Source: Hyphomicrobiales bacterium (lineage in GTDB: Bacteria > Pseudomonadota > Alphaproteobacteria > Rhizobiales > JAJFHB01). From it: a stretch of 64,000 nucleotides of DNA. A model generated the notes under the pieces. The model ran no database searches and was not told where the DNA came from. It saw only the letters and a program-made list of their open reading frames with translations. The position numbers and the translations under genes were made by a program. The DNA lies in assembly GCA_021775615.1 (NCBI GenBank), contig JAJFHL010000171.1:9282-73281 (forward strand), written 5' to 3'. Positions 29,184 through 43,391 of the stretch are shown piece after piece (position 1 is the stretch's first letter; each line of letters starts with the position of its first letter).

Positions 29184-31376
29184 ATGAGCGGTGATTCTCC
29201 AATATCCGGACGTGGACGCGTCGTGCAGGTGCTGCTGCCCTACGGGTTCGCGGGCGCTTATTCGTACCTCGAGCCGGAAGATGTTGCGCTGGCGCCCGGG
29301 GATTATGTGCGGGTGCCGCTGGGGCCGCGCCAGGTGATCGGCGTGGTCTGGGAGGACAGCGGTGATGCCGGCGAGGTGGAGGTGTCCAAGCTGCGGGCGG
29401 TCATCGAACGCTATGCGGCGCCGCCGATGCGGGACCTGCACCGGCGCTTCCTTCAGTGGGTGGCGAACTACACCGTCAGCCCACCGGGCGCGGTGCTGCG
29501 CATGTGCCTGCGCGTGCCCGAGGCGCTGGGACCGCCGAGGACGGTGACCGGGTACAGGCGCGGTGGGCCGCAACCCCAGCGCATGACGCCGCAACGGGCC
29601 CGGGTGCTCGACTGCGCCGACGACCGGCTCGCCTGGCAGGTCAGCGAGTTGGCCGAAATGGCCGGCGTCTCGACCGGCGTCGTCAAGGGGCTGGTCGATG
29701 CCGGGACGCTGCTGCCTGAAGCACTGCCGCCTTTTGCGCCCTTCGCGCGGCCGGACCTGGCGGCGGGCCGGGTCACATTGTCGAAAGAGCAGACCAGCGC
29801 CGCCCAGACCCTGCGGGCGAAGGTTGCGGCACGGGCGTTCTCGGTCGCCCTGCTCGACGGGGTAACCGGATCGGGCAAGACGGAGGTTTATCTCGAAGCG
29901 GTTGCGGCGGCGGTCGCCGCCGGCAGGCAGGTCTTGATCCTGCTGCCGGAAATCGCGCTCACCGCGCAGTTTCTTCAACGCATCGAGGCGCGCTTCGGTG
30001 TGCCGCCGGTCGAATGGCATTCCGCGGTGCGGCCGCGCGAGCGCGAGCGGGTCTGGCGCGGGGTCGCCGATGGCTCCGCCCCGATCGTGGTCGGCGCCCG
30101 CTCGGCGCTGTTTTTGCCCTACGACAATCTCGGGCTCATTGTGATCGATGAAGAGCACGAGCCCGCCTTCAAGCAGGAAGACGGCGTCATCTATCATGCC
30201 CGTGACATGGCCATCGTCTGCGGATCCCTGGGCAGTTTTCCGGTCGTGCTCGCCTCCGCGACACCGTCGCTGGAGACCTATCTCAACGCCACCACCGGGC
30301 GCTACGAGCATGTCCGGCTGACGGCCCGCCATGGTGCCGCCGATCTGCCGGAGATCGTGCCGGTCGACATGCGTGCCGTGCATCCGCCCGCCGGATCATG
30401 GCTGTCGGAGCCTCTGCACGCCGCGGTCACCGAAACCCTCGACGACAAGGGCCAGGTGCTGCTCTATCTCAACCGGCGGGGCTATGCGCCGCTCACCCTG
30501 TGCCGGACCTGCGGGTTTCGTATCGAATGCCCGGACTGCGAGGCCTGGCTGGTCGAGCACAGGTTCCGCCGCCAGCTGATGTGCCATCACTGCGGCCATG
30601 TGGCGCCGATCCCAACCGAGTGCCCGGCCTGCGGCAACGAGGATACCCTGGTGGCCTGCGGTCCCGGCGTCGAGCGGCTGGCGGACGAGGTGCGCGAGAA
30701 GTTTCCGGACGCCCGCCTGACCATTCTTTCAAGCGATCTGGTGCGTGGGCAAAGCCTGCGCGAGGCGGTGCACGACATCGCGCAAGGCAAGCACGACATC
30801 GTCATCGGCACGCAACTGGTGGCAAAGGGGCATCACTTTCCCGGCCTCACGCTCGTCGGCGTGGTCGATGGCGACATCGGCCTCAACAACGGCGATCTGC
30901 GCGCGGCGGAACGGACCTATCAGGTTCTGTGCCAGGTGGCCGGCAGGGCCGGGCGCGCCGAGAAGGCGGGCCGCGCCCTGATCCAGACCTACCGGCCCGA
31001 TCATGCGCTGATCGAAGCGCTGGTGGCCGGCGACCGCGACCGGTTTTACGGCCATGAACTGTCAACCCGCGAAAACGCCCACCTGCCGCCCTATGGCCGC
31101 CTTGCGAGCCTGATCGTCACCGGCAGCAAACAGGGGGTTCTGCAGGACTTCACCCGCCGTCTGGCGCGCAAGGTTCCGCAAACCGCGCTCGCCAAGGTAT
31201 TCGGTCCGGCCCCGGCGCCGCTGGCCCTCATTCGCGGTCGCCACCGCATCCGCTTTCTGGTCAAGGCCGGCAGGGACTTCAACATCCAGGGCTTCCTGCG
31301 GGCCTGGCTGGCCGACATCGACGTTCCCGCATCGGTGCGGGTCAATGTGGATGTGGATCCTTATAGTTTCATGTAA
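29184..31376 (+). CDS. priA: primosomal replication-restart helicase PriA
   Basis: Walker A GVTGSGKTEVY, DEEH box VIDEEHE, paired zinc-binding CxxC motifs (CRTCG..CPDCE..CHHCG..CPACG). Confidence 0.95.
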   Translation: MSGDSPISGRGRVVQVLLPYGFAGAYSYLEPEDVALAPGDYVRVPLGPRQVIGVVWEDSGDAGEVEVSKLRAVIERYAAPPMRDLHRRFLQWVANYTVSPPGAVLRMCLRVPEALGPPRTVTGYRRGGPQPQRMTPQRARVLDCADDRLAWQVSELAEMAGVSTGVVKGLVDAGTLLPEALPPFAPFARPDLAAGRVTLSKEQTSAAQTLRAKVAARAFSVALLDGVTGSGKTEVYLEAVAAAVAAGRQVLILLPEIALTAQFLQRIEARFGVPPVEWHSAVRPRERERVWRGVADGSAPIVVGARSALFLPYDNLGLIVIDEEHEPAFKQEDGVIYHARDMAIVCGSLGSFPVVLASATPSLETYLNATTGRYEHVRLTARHGAADLPEIVPVDMRAVHPPAGSWLSEPLHAAVTETLDDKGQVLLYLNRRGYAPLTLCRTCGFRIECPDCEAWLVEHRFRRQLMCHHCGHVAPIPTECPACGNEDTLVACGPGVERLADEVREKFPDARLTILSSDLVRGQSLREAVHDIAQGKHDIVIGTQLVAKGHHFPGLTLVGVVDGDIGLNNGDLRAAERTYQVLCQVAGRAGRAEKAGRALIQTYRPDHALIEALVAGDRDRFYGHELSTRENAHLPPYGRLASLIVTGSKQGVLQDFTRRLARKVPQTALAKVFGPAPAPLALIRGRHRIRFLVKAGRDFNIQGFLRAWLADIDVPASVRVNVDVDPYSFM

Positions 31377-31607
31377 CGGCCACACCCGTGTTAGGATTTT
31401 GGCCTTGAATAGGCCTGTGTGCCGCGACAATCCGGCAGCAGCCTTTTGGTTGCATGGGTGGGACCCTTGTGTTAGAGGGAACGCGGCCGAAGGGGATCGA
31501 CCATCAAGGCCCGTCCTTCCGGGCGAAATAATAAAGAAATATCAAGGGGTTGGCGCTTCTCATTTCGAAGTCGAGCCAAGCCCGGTATTTTGTTGGAGAG
31601 TGGGGAA

Positions 31608-32167
31608 TTGGCGGCTCAAGGCAGCACCGTTGAAGGCGTATCGGGGCGTTATGCAACGGCGCTTTTCGAACTCGCACTGGAAGCAAATTCGCTCGACGAC
31701 GTCAGCACAGATCTCGACGCGTTCCAGGGAATGCTCGACGTGAGCGCCGATCTGATGCGGCTTGTCCGCTCGCCGGTGTTTTCCGCGGACGATCAGAACC
31801 GCGCCGTCAATGCGGTGATCGAAAAGGCCGGTATCACCGGCCTGGCGGCGAATTTCGTCGGGCTGGTGGCGCAAAACCGTCGGCTTTTCGTGATTTCCGA
31901 CATGATCCGCGATTACCGCAAACTGCTTTCCGCCCATCGCGGTGAGCTGACCGCAGAAGTGGCCTCCGCCGAAACGCTCTCAGACGATCAGGTTGCCGCT
32001 CTCAAAGAGGCGCTCAAGGAAAAGATGGGACGCGACGTCCAGCTTGACGCCAGCGTCGATCCGGCGCTCCTCGGCGGCCTTGTCGTCAAGGTCGGCAGCC
32101 GCATGATCGACACGTCGCTCCGAACCAAACTGAACAATCTTAAAATTGCCATGAAAGAGGTTGGCTG

Positions 32168-32168
<1 letters not shown>
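31608..32168 (+). CDS. atpH: F1 ATP synthase delta subunit (OSCP)
   Basis: [13 protein letters not shown] start region, C-terminal [20 protein letters not shown]; TTG 31608 chosen (186 aa); 31590/31593 also possible. Confidence 0.85.
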
Positions 32169-33697
<1,529 letters not shown>

Positions 33698-33736
33698 TCA
33701 CTCCGAGGCATCGAATAGGCAAGGGAACGTGGCGCA

Positions 33737-36083
<2,347 letters not shown>

Positions 36084-36113
36084 TCCGCTGTCCCCGAGCA
36101 CTGAGGTTTTGGC

Positions 36114-36518
36114 ATGGCCGAACTGATGAAATTCGAACTGGTGTCGCCGGAACGGCTGCTGATGTCCGAGGATGTCGAGCAGGTGACCGTGCCGGGATCG
36201 GAAGGCGAGTTTACCGTGCTGGCCCGCCATGCCCCGGTGCTGTCGACAATGCGGCCAGGCCTGCTGGCGGTCGTCCAGGATGGCGGTACGGAAGAGAAGA
36301 TCTTCGTGCGCGGCGGCTTTGCGGAAGTCAATCCGGACGGCCTGACCGTGCTCGCCGAAGAGGCGGTCCACATGTCCGATCTCGATGCCGCCGCCCTGGC
36401 GCAGCACGTCAAGAATGCCGAAGAGGATGTGGCGGACGCCACGGATGACGACAAGCGGGCCCGCGCTCAGGAAACCCTGGACCACCTGAAGCAGCTGCAG
36501 GACGCGCTGAAGGCCTGA
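36114..36518 (+). CDS. atpC: F1 ATP synthase epsilon subunit
   Basis: 134 aa, position after atpD, epsilon-like beta-sandwich plus helical tail. Confidence 0.9.
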   Translation: MAELMKFELVSPERLLMSEDVEQVTVPGSEGEFTVLARHAPVLSTMRPGLLAVVQDGGTEEKIFVRGGFAEVNPDGLTVLAEEAVHMSDLDAAALAQHVKNAEEDVADATDDDKRARAQETLDHLKQLQDALKA

Positions 36519-36520
36519 TC

Positions 36521-36583
36521 CGGCCAAGGCGAAGCGGCGCCACACGCAAATCCGGGCGCCCGCACTGGCCGACGGTTTGTTTT
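36521..36583 (+). terminator. probable atp operon terminator (long imperfect hairpin plus T-rich tract)
   Basis: CGGCCAAGGCGAAGCGGCGCC ... GGCGCCCGCACTGGCCG imperfect inverted repeat followed by TTTGTTTT. Confidence 0.45.
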
Positions 36584-36626
36584 GGAGTAAATTCCGTTCA
36601 TTGGTTTGCAGCGGGGAAGCTCTGTT

Positions 36627-37445
36627 GTGCGTTGGACACTCGACAAGATCGACTGGGATGCATTCGACCCCTCCAAGGTCGACACCGAAACCATGGAGGC
36701 GGTGAAGGCTGCGTCTCTGGTCGAGGCAAACGCTCCTGACTATGTCAGCTATCTGTGCAATGTCTTTCAGGACTCCAGCGAGATCCAGGACGACATCCGG
36801 CAGTGGGGCCGCGAGGAGGCGCAACACGGAGAGGCCCTCGCCAAATGGGCAAGGATGGCTGACCCGGAGTTCGATTTTGACACCGCCTTCCAGCGCTTCC
36901 GGGTGATCCAGGGTATCGACACCGGTGCAATTGAATCGGTGCGCGGCAGCCGCGCCGGCGAAATGATCGCGCGCTGTGTGGTCGAAAGCGGGACGTCATC
37001 GTTTTACACCGCGATCAAAGACGCCACCGAAGAGCCGTGTCTGCGGCAGTTGGCGACCTATATCGCTGCCGACGAATTTGCCCATTACCGGCTGTTCTAC
37101 GAGAGCTTCAAGAAATACGAGGGCGAACTGCCCTCGGTGTTCCGGCGCATCATGATCGCCGTTGGCCGGGTCAACGAGGCCGATGATGACGAACTCTCCG
37201 GCGCCTTCTATTGCGCCAATTATTCCGAGGCCAGCGACGTGCCCTATGAGCGCAAGAAGTTTGCGGACGCCTATCAAAAACGCGCGTTCATGCTCTACCG
37301 GCGGCAGCACACCGACAGACTGATCTCCATGGTGGCCAAGGCCGGCGGGCTCAAGCCGCAAGGCAAGCTGGTGCGCATGGCGTGTGCATTTGCCTGGCGG
37401 TTCTTCGCGTTCAAGCAGCGCCAGCTGATGCGTAGCGCGGTTTGA
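36627..37445 (+). CDS. ferritin-like di-iron carboxylate protein, unknown function
   Basis: Two ExxH motifs (REEAQHGEAL, ADEFAHYRLF) in helical context; GTG 36627 preferred (GGGAAG upstream); start uncertain. Confidence 0.55.
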   Translation: MRWTLDKIDWDAFDPSKVDTETMEAVKAASLVEANAPDYVSYLCNVFQDSSEIQDDIRQWGREEAQHGEALAKWARMADPEFDFDTAFQRFRVIQGIDTGAIESVRGSRAGEMIARCVVESGTSSFYTAIKDATEEPCLRQLATYIAADEFAHYRLFYESFKKYEGELPSVFRRIMIAVGRVNEADDDELSGAFYCANYSEASDVPYERKKFADAYQKRAFMLYRRQHTDRLISMVAKAGGLKPQGKLVRMACAFAWRFFAFKQRQLMRSAV

Positions 37446-37501
37446 ATTGCCGGGCTGCTTGGCGTCTCGACTTGCTTGACTTGCTATTCCCCACCAATCG
37501 T

Positions 37502-37621
37502 TGTCTTTGCCCGGCTTGACCGGGCAATCCAGTATCCTCATGACCTTGTTGGATGCACCGCCGTGCAATGAGCCGCGGGCGCGGTGGCTACTGGACCGTC
37601 CGGTCAAGTCGGACGAAGACA
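37502..37621. repeat. 120-bp intergenic element with 22-bp imperfect terminal inverted repeats (REP/MITE-like)
   Basis: TGTCTTTGCCCGGCTTGACCGG (37502-37523) vs reverse complement of 37600-37621 TGTCTTCGTCCGACTTGACCGG (19/22 match); left arm recurs at 19720. Confidence 0.6.
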
Positions 37622-37646
37622 CTGAATGCTTTGGTCGGGTAGCGCT

Positions 37647-38150
37647 TTATTCGGCGAGGTGGCGGAAGGTTTCAACGACCTGGACGTAGACGTCCCGTTT
37701 GAACGGGATCACCAGATCAGGCAGATTTTCCATCGGTTCCCAGCGCCACGCGTCGAACTCGGGCTTTTCGCCTTTTTCCGGCGCAATATCAATGTCGCCG
37801 TCGGTGCCTTCAAACCGCATGGCAAACCACTTTTGCTTCTGCCCGCGATACCGCCCCTTGAGGCCGGAACCGAGAGCCTCGGGCGGCAGATCGTAGGTCA
37901 GCCAGCCGGATGTGCGGGCCAGTATGGTGGCTTTGTGGGTGCCGGCTTCTTCCTCAAGCTCGCGAAAGGCAGCCTCATCGGGCGCTTCGCCGTCGTCGAT
38001 GCCGCCCTGGGGCATTTGCCACAGCCGGTTGGGGCCCTGGCCGTCGCCCTCCCATTTCGGGATGCGGCGGCCGATCCAGACGAGATTGTCGCAGTTGAGG
38101 AGCATGATCCCGACACAGGGACGGTAGGGAAGAGAACCGGATGCCACCAC
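37647..38150 (-). CDS. rppH: RNA pyrophosphohydrolase (Nudix)
   Basis: Nudix box GGIDDGEAPDEAAFRELEEEAG; YRPCVGIMLLN start typical of RppH. Confidence 0.9.
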   Translation of the reverse strand: MVASGSLPYRPCVGIMLLNCDNLVWIGRRIPKWEGDGQGPNRLWQMPQGGIDDGEAPDEAAFRELEEEAGTHKATILARTSGWLTYDLPPEALGSGLKGRYRGQKQKWFAMRFEGTDGDIDIAPEKGEKPEFDAWRWEPMENLPDLVIPFKRDVYVQVVETFRHLAE

Positions 38151-38153
38151 CGG

Positions 38154-39350
38154 TTAGCTCATGTTTTGCCGCAACGCGATGGTTGCGCTGACCGGAACCA
38201 GAACAATTCCCTTGGTCTTGAGCCTTTTCGCCCAGTCAATGAGCTGTCCGACGGTGATCGGCAGGGCCGACGCGACACCGACCGCGATGCCGCGTTCCAG
38301 CGCTATGGTTTCGAGCTGGGAGAGCGCGGCACGGATGCCGGCGGCATTGGGCGTGGAGTCAATGACGAGATCCGCCGTGGCCGCCTTGAGGCCGATCTGG
38401 CGTGCGATCTTGCTGGAGGTGCTGCGTGCCGACGAGCCGTCCTCCATATAGACCAGGCCGCGCCGGTTGAGTTGGCGCAGCACCGGGCGCAACGCATCGC
38501 CGCCCGACGTGAGTTTGGCGCCCATGTAGTTGGTGACGCCGAAATATCCGGTAAACCGCCCCATCAGCCATTCCAGCCGGCGGACGTTGTCCTGGGGCGG
38601 CAGTGACGACAGCAAGGTATGCGGGCCCGGGTCGTTGTCGGGATAATCGTAGGGTTCCATGGGCACCTGAAGCATCACTTCGTGCCCGTTCTGGCGCGCC
38701 TTGTTCACCCACTCCTGAAGACCGGTGGAGTAGGGCGCGAAGGCCAGCGTGATTTCCGAGGGCAGACGGTTGATGGCGACCGATGTTCCGGTCGCGCTCA
38801 ACCCCATGCCGCTCACCATGATCGCGATTTTGGCGACGTCCGGGTCTGCCTGGGCGGCGGTCAGCGGGCGGGCATATTGTTGCGCCGGCGTTTTGCCGTC
38901 GGCGCCGATCTGCGGCAGCAGCCCGTGCACCGTGCGTTCGGCGAGGCCGACGATGGGGGCTGTGACCAGCGGACCGGAAACGTTGCTGTTGGCCGCGGCG
39001 ATCTCGTCCAGCTGCCGGTCGAGCGGTTCGGGGCCGGTGTCAGGCTGTTGCGCCTGGTCCACCGGGATGGTGACCGGCCCTTCGTCGATGTCGTCGGGAT
39101 TGAGACCGTCGCGAATGTCCAGGACGGTGTCGTGGTCGTCGGCGTCGGCCATCTGACGGCCGTCAATCGGCAGAACCGCCACCGGTTCGCCGCCGAACGG
39201 ATCGTCGGTCATGGCCAACCACAAAAACAACACCAGGACGGAGCCGGCAAACACGCCTGAAATCAGAGACAGCGGGTTGCTCGTGAAGCGAAACGCGTGG
39301 CGCAGCGTGGATTGACTTGTGACGGGTGTGTTCAGGTCGTTGGCGGTCAT
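38154..39350 (-). CDS. divergent polysaccharide deacetylase family protein (YibQ-like)
   Basis: N-terminal TM segment, C-terminal IAIMVSGMGLS...LTLAFAPY...GHEVMLQVPMEPYDYPDNDPGPHTLL; ATG 39350 preferred. Confidence 0.75.
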   Translation of the reverse strand: MTANDLNTPVTSQSTLRHAFRFTSNPLSLISGVFAGSVLVLFLWLAMTDDPFGGEPVAVLPIDGRQMADADDHDTVLDIRDGLNPDDIDEGPVTIPVDQAQQPDTGPEPLDRQLDEIAAANSNVSGPLVTAPIVGLAERTVHGLLPQIGADGKTPAQQYARPLTAAQADPDVAKIAIMVSGMGLSATGTSVAINRLPSEITLAFAPYSTGLQEWVNKARQNGHEVMLQVPMEPYDYPDNDPGPHTLLSSLPPQDNVRRLEWLMGRFTGYFGVTNYMGAKLTSGGDALRPVLRQLNRRGLVYMEDGSSARSTSSKIARQIGLKAATADLVIDSTPNAAGIRAALSQLETIALERGIAVGVASALPITVGQLIDWAKRLKTKGIVLVPVSATIALRQNMS

Positions 39351-39465
39351 GGCGTGCGGCTGTCCGCGGTTTTTTTGCACATTGATGAGCACATAGCAAA
39401 GGGCGCGGGAAATTCCCGCGCCCAAACTATGGTCCAACGACCCCTAACGTTCTGTTAACCAATAC

Positions 39466-40815
39466 TCAATTTGCCTTGCTTTCGGTCTCTTCCTGGGCCG
39501 GGGCCTGTTCTTCGGCCGGAGCTTCTTCAACACCTTCGCCGCGCAGCAGTCTGAGAGCGGCGTTCAACTGCTTGTCCTTGGACTTGTCGGTGGGAATGAA
39601 GGTCGAAGAGCCCGATTCTTCCTCCTTGCCCTCTTCCTCGCCCTCGCCGGGAAGGTGACCGGGCAGGTTGGCCTCGCCACGCGGTTTCTCGACCTTTTTC
39701 TGCTCTTCGGGAATGTCCTGCTCAACCGGCACATCCGGATCGATCCCGTGTGCCTGGATGGTGCGGCCCGATGGCGTGTAGTAGCGCGCCGTGGTCAGGC
39801 GAACCGCGCCGAGGCTCAGCGGGATGATGGTCTGCACCGACCCCTTGCCGAAGGAACGGGTTCCAAGGATCGTCGCCCGCTTGTGGTCCTGCAATGCGCC
39901 GGCCACGATCTCGGACGCCGACGCCGATCCGCCGTTGATCAGGATCACCAGCTGCCTGCCGGTGATGAGATCGCCCGCATCCGCGTTGTAGCGCTGGGTT
40001 TGTTCCGCATTGCGTCCCTTGGTCGAGACGATTTCGCCGCGCTCCAGGAAGCTGTCGGAGACGGAAATCGCCTGATCGAGAAGACCGCCCGGATTGTTGC
40101 GCAGATCGAGAACGTATCCCTTGATGCCGTCGCCGAGTTCCGCGCTCAGTTCCTTGATCGCCCGATTGAGGCCCGACTGGGTCTGCTCGTTGAACGTGGT
40201 GATGCGAATATAGCCGACGTTGTCCTCGGTGCGGAAGCGCACCGATCTGATCGGAATGATCGCCCGGGTCACCTTGATTTCGATCGGCTCTTCAACTCCC
40301 GGCCGCTGGACCGTGAGCGTGATCGAGGAGTTGATCGGTCCGCGCATCTTCCTGACGGCTTCGTCGAGCTTGAGGCCGACGATTGATTCGCCGTCAAGAT
40401 GGGTGATCTTGTCGCCGCCCTGCACGCCGGCCTTGGCCGCCGGGGTGTCGTCGATCGGCGTAACCACCTTGACGACACCGTCTTCCATGGTGACTTCGAT
40501 GCCGAGCCCGGAGAATTCACCGCGGGTCTGCACCTGCATTTCCTGGAAGCCCTTGGCACTCATATAGCTGGAGTGCGGATCAAGCGACGACAGCATGCCG
40601 TTGATTGCAGCATCGATCAGCTTCTCGTCCTCGGGCGTTTCGACATAGTCGGACCGGATACGGTCAAATACATCGCCGAACAGATTAAGTTGCCGGTAGG
40701 TTTCCGAGTTCGCCGCAGTGGCGGCGCCCAGGGGACCGAACGTATAGAATGTAAGGGTTGCCGCAACCGCACCCGCAGCAGCGCATCCCAAACCGGCCAA
40801 AATGCCTTTCCGCAT
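39466..40815 (-). CDS. ctpA: carboxy-terminal processing protease (S41)
   Basis: PDZ plus S41 catalytic region (GGSASASEIVAGALQD...GTRSFGKGSVQ); ATG 40815 overlaps upstream stop (TAATG). Confidence 0.9.
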   Translation of the reverse strand: MRKGILAGLGCAAAGAVAATLTFYTFGPLGAATAANSETYRQLNLFGDVFDRIRSDYVETPEDEKLIDAAINGMLSSLDPHSSYMSAKGFQEMQVQTRGEFSGLGIEVTMEDGVVKVVTPIDDTPAAKAGVQGGDKITHLDGESIVGLKLDEAVRKMRGPINSSITLTVQRPGVEEPIEIKVTRAIIPIRSVRFRTEDNVGYIRITTFNEQTQSGLNRAIKELSAELGDGIKGYVLDLRNNPGGLLDQAISVSDSFLERGEIVSTKGRNAEQTQRYNADAGDLITGRQLVILINGGSASASEIVAGALQDHKRATILGTRSFGKGSVQTIIPLSLGAVRLTTARYYTPSGRTIQAHGIDPDVPVEQDIPEEQKKVEKPRGEANLPGHLPGEGEEEGKEEESGSSTFIPTDKSKDKQLNAALRLLRGEGVEEAPAEEQAPAQEETESKAN

Positions 40816-42137
40816 TATCCACGTACCTTTTCGTCGTTGCCGGCCCACCAGGGCCGGGGGTCTATCGCGTTACCATTCTTCCGAAATTCGACATACAAGA
40901 TCGGTTTCGAGCCTTCGGCCTGAATATCGATCACCGCGCTCTTCACTGCTTCGGTGCCCATTGTACCAACTGGTTCACCGGCGCGCACGAACTGACCGAC
41001 ATCGACTGCGATCTTTTCCATTCCCGCTAGGAGCACATGATATCCTTCACCGGCATTAATGATCAAGAGCTGACCGTAACCGCGAAATTCTCCGGCATAA
41101 GCCACCCAACCGTCGGACGGCGCCGTAACCTGGGCAAACTGCCGGGTCGAAATCGAGAGGCCTTCCGCCTTGCCGCCGAGATCGTCTTCGCCACCATATT
41201 CGCGAAGGCGACTGCCCTGGGCCGGGTAGTAAAGCTGGCCCCGAGCCTTGGAAAACTTGACCGCCGGCTTCATGAACTTGGCCAGCTGGGCCTTGCGTTG
41301 GCGCTCCTGCTCGAGGGCTTCGGTCTCTTCGGCCACCCTGCGGGCTTCCTCCTCGGCGATTCGGGCCGATTCCAAACGTCCCAGGAGGTCTTTCAGCGAC
41401 TTCGCCTTCTTAGCCAGGGTTCTAGCCCTTTTTCGCTCGGTTTCCAACTCCTCACGTATAGTTTGCGTTAAAGTCTGCTTCTGCTCCAGAAGATGGGCAA
41501 TTTCGCGCCTTTCCACATCAAGTTCACCTAAATTCTCCGTTAGGTCGGATTGTTCCGTCTGAATCTCGGCGCGAATGTCAGTCATACGGGACAATTTCAG
41601 CACCAGTTCACTGGCCTGAGCGCGCAGCTCGGGAACCACCGAGCCCAGCAACATGGCACCGCGCAGGGCCGCGAGCGCATCGGCGGGGTTGACCGCAAGC
41701 GGCGGTGGCGGGTCCTTTTCGAGCCGCTGCAACCCGGCCAGGAGCTCGGCCAGCTGGTCATGGCGGCTGCTGAGGTCGGCGCGCAGTTCCTGTTCTTCGG
41801 ACGAAAGATTTGCCAGGCGCTGCTCGCCGGCGGTGATTTCCGCCTCGCTGGCCTGAACCCTGGATGCGGTGGCCACCAGTTTGCCGCTGAGATCCTCGAT
41901 CTCCCTGACCAGTTCACCAACCGCCTTTTCCAGATCCTTCTCGCGGCCGGTAACGGTTTCGAGCTCGGTCTCGACGTCGCGAAGCTCCTTGGTCGTGTTG
42001 TCCGGACCGTCCTGCGCCGCGTCGTCCGGGACGTCCTGCGCGCCCGCGCCGGAGATCAGCGCCGCCGCGAGCAGGCTGGCGTACAATATGACTGTGAACC
42101 GTTTCAGCATGGGGCGGCGGACTGTTTCTTCTTTCAC
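40815..42137 (-). CDS. M23/LytM-domain murein hydrolase activator (EnvC-like)
   Basis: Signal peptide, long coiled-coil, C-terminal LytM fold (GYGQLLIINAGEGYHVLLAGM...VRAGEPVGTMG). Confidence 0.85.
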   Translation of the reverse strand: MKEETVRRPMLKRFTVILYASLLAAALISGAGAQDVPDDAAQDGPDNTTKELRDVETELETVTGREKDLEKAVGELVREIEDLSGKLVATASRVQASEAEITAGEQRLANLSSEEQELRADLSSRHDQLAELLAGLQRLEKDPPPPLAVNPADALAALRGAMLLGSVVPELRAQASELVLKLSRMTDIRAEIQTEQSDLTENLGELDVERREIAHLLEQKQTLTQTIREELETERKRARTLAKKAKSLKDLLGRLESARIAEEEARRVAEETEALEQERQRKAQLAKFMKPAVKFSKARGQLYYPAQGSRLREYGGEDDLGGKAEGLSISTRQFAQVTAPSDGWVAYAGEFRGYGQLLIINAGEGYHVLLAGMEKIAVDVGQFVRAGEPVGTMGTEAVKSAVIDIQAEGSKPILYVEFRKNGNAIDPRPWWAGNDEKVRG

Positions 42138-42138
42138 A

Positions 42139-42621
42139 TCACGCTCGGTGATAGGGATGGTTGGCCAAAATGGTGACCGAGCGGTAAATTTGTTCCGTCA
42201 ACATGGCGCGCACGAGGCGATGCGGCCAGGTCATGTCTCCAAGCGACAGCAACATGCCGGCACGGTCTTCCAACGACCTGTCATGCCCGTCGGGGCCGCC
42301 GATCAGGAAACACACCTCGGCGCTTGCGTTGTCGCGCTCGCCGCGCAGCCAGTCGGCGAAACCGGTGCTGGTGAACTGCCGGCCGCGCTCGGAGAGGGCG
42401 ACGGATTTCGCCCTGGTGTCGAGCGAGGCAAGCAGGCGCTCGGCTTCCTGCATCTTGCGTTCGGTCGGGTTCTTGCGCTTCGATTCAGCGAAACCGTTCA
42501 TGGCAACGCCGGCGATGCCGATGTTGCGGCCCAATCGTTCGACGCGCCGCGCATAGTCTTCGGCAAGCGTGGTTTCGGGGCCCGATTTGTCCTGGCCGAT
42601 CGCATGGATTGATATTCGCAT
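42139..42621 (-). CDS. rlmH: 23S rRNA (pseudouridine1915-N3)-methyltransferase
   Basis: 160 aa SPOUT protein, C-terminal TWPHRLVRAMLTEQIYRSVTILANHPYHR. Confidence 0.92.
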   Translation of the reverse strand: MRISIHAIGQDKSGPETTLAEDYARRVERLGRNIGIAGVAMNGFAESKRKNPTERKMQEAERLLASLDTRAKSVALSERGRQFTSTGFADWLRGERDNASAEVCFLIGGPDGHDRSLEDRAGMLLSLGDMTWPHRLVRAMLTEQIYRSVTILANHPYHRA

Positions 42622-42689
42622 CGGCGCGGATCAATGAACGGTTTCGGATACGGGCACAACGGCTGGCGGGCCGGACAGCGCCCCGGGGG

Positions 42690-43049
42690 CTACATTACCA
42701 GCTGCTCGCTCGGTACGTCGGCCGACCACAGTTTCTCCAGATTGTAGAAGTCGCGCACTTCCGGCCTGAAGACATGGACGATGATGTCGCCGGCGTCGAT
42801 CAGGACCCAGTCGCAATTGGGCAGCCCCTCGACCCGCGGTGCGCCGAAGCCTGCATCCTTGAGTGCGCCTGAAAGCTGGTCGGCGATGGCACCAACATGG
42901 CGATGCGAGCGCCCCGAGGCGACGACCATATGGTCGGCGATCGGCGTCTTTCCCGAAAGGTCGATGGCAGCGACATTCTCGGCCTTGGCATCTTCCAGAC
43001 AGGCCAGGACGACGTCCAGCAGTTTGGAGTCCGGCTTTCCCTGCGGCAA
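42690..43049 (-). CDS. rsfS: ribosomal silencing factor
   Basis: 119 aa, IADHMVVASGRSHRHVGAIAD...DWVLIDAGDIIVHVF...R.FYNLEKLW. Confidence 0.92.
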   Translation of the reverse strand: MPQGKPDSKLLDVVLACLEDAKAENVAAIDLSGKTPIADHMVVASGRSHRHVGAIADQLSGALKDAGFGAPRVEGLPNCDWVLIDAGDIIVHVFRPEVRDFYNLEKLWSADVPSEQLVM

Positions 43050-43391
43050 AGCCCTACTCCCAGAAGCGCCATATTCGGCGCTCCCGCTGATGTTTGGGGT
43101 GGTCAGAGCGGAATTCCTCTATCACGTTGCAGTTGCGGGTATGTATCTTCCGCAATTTGGTCCCTTCTCGGCCCCTGTGGGTACATTCCCAAGGGGTGCA
43201 CTCCACATCGGGTGCACAAAGAGGTTTCACAAGTGCGATCTCTAAAGATCGCGTCGCGCGCACATGCGCGAAGAACAGCCTTAATCTAATGTGGGATGGG
43301 GGGTAAATTCAATAGTTTGTTTGGCGGTTGGTTGTCGTGACTGCGGATGCGTCGCTTGGCGCGGTCTGATGCGGGTTTGAGGGCGTTCCGG

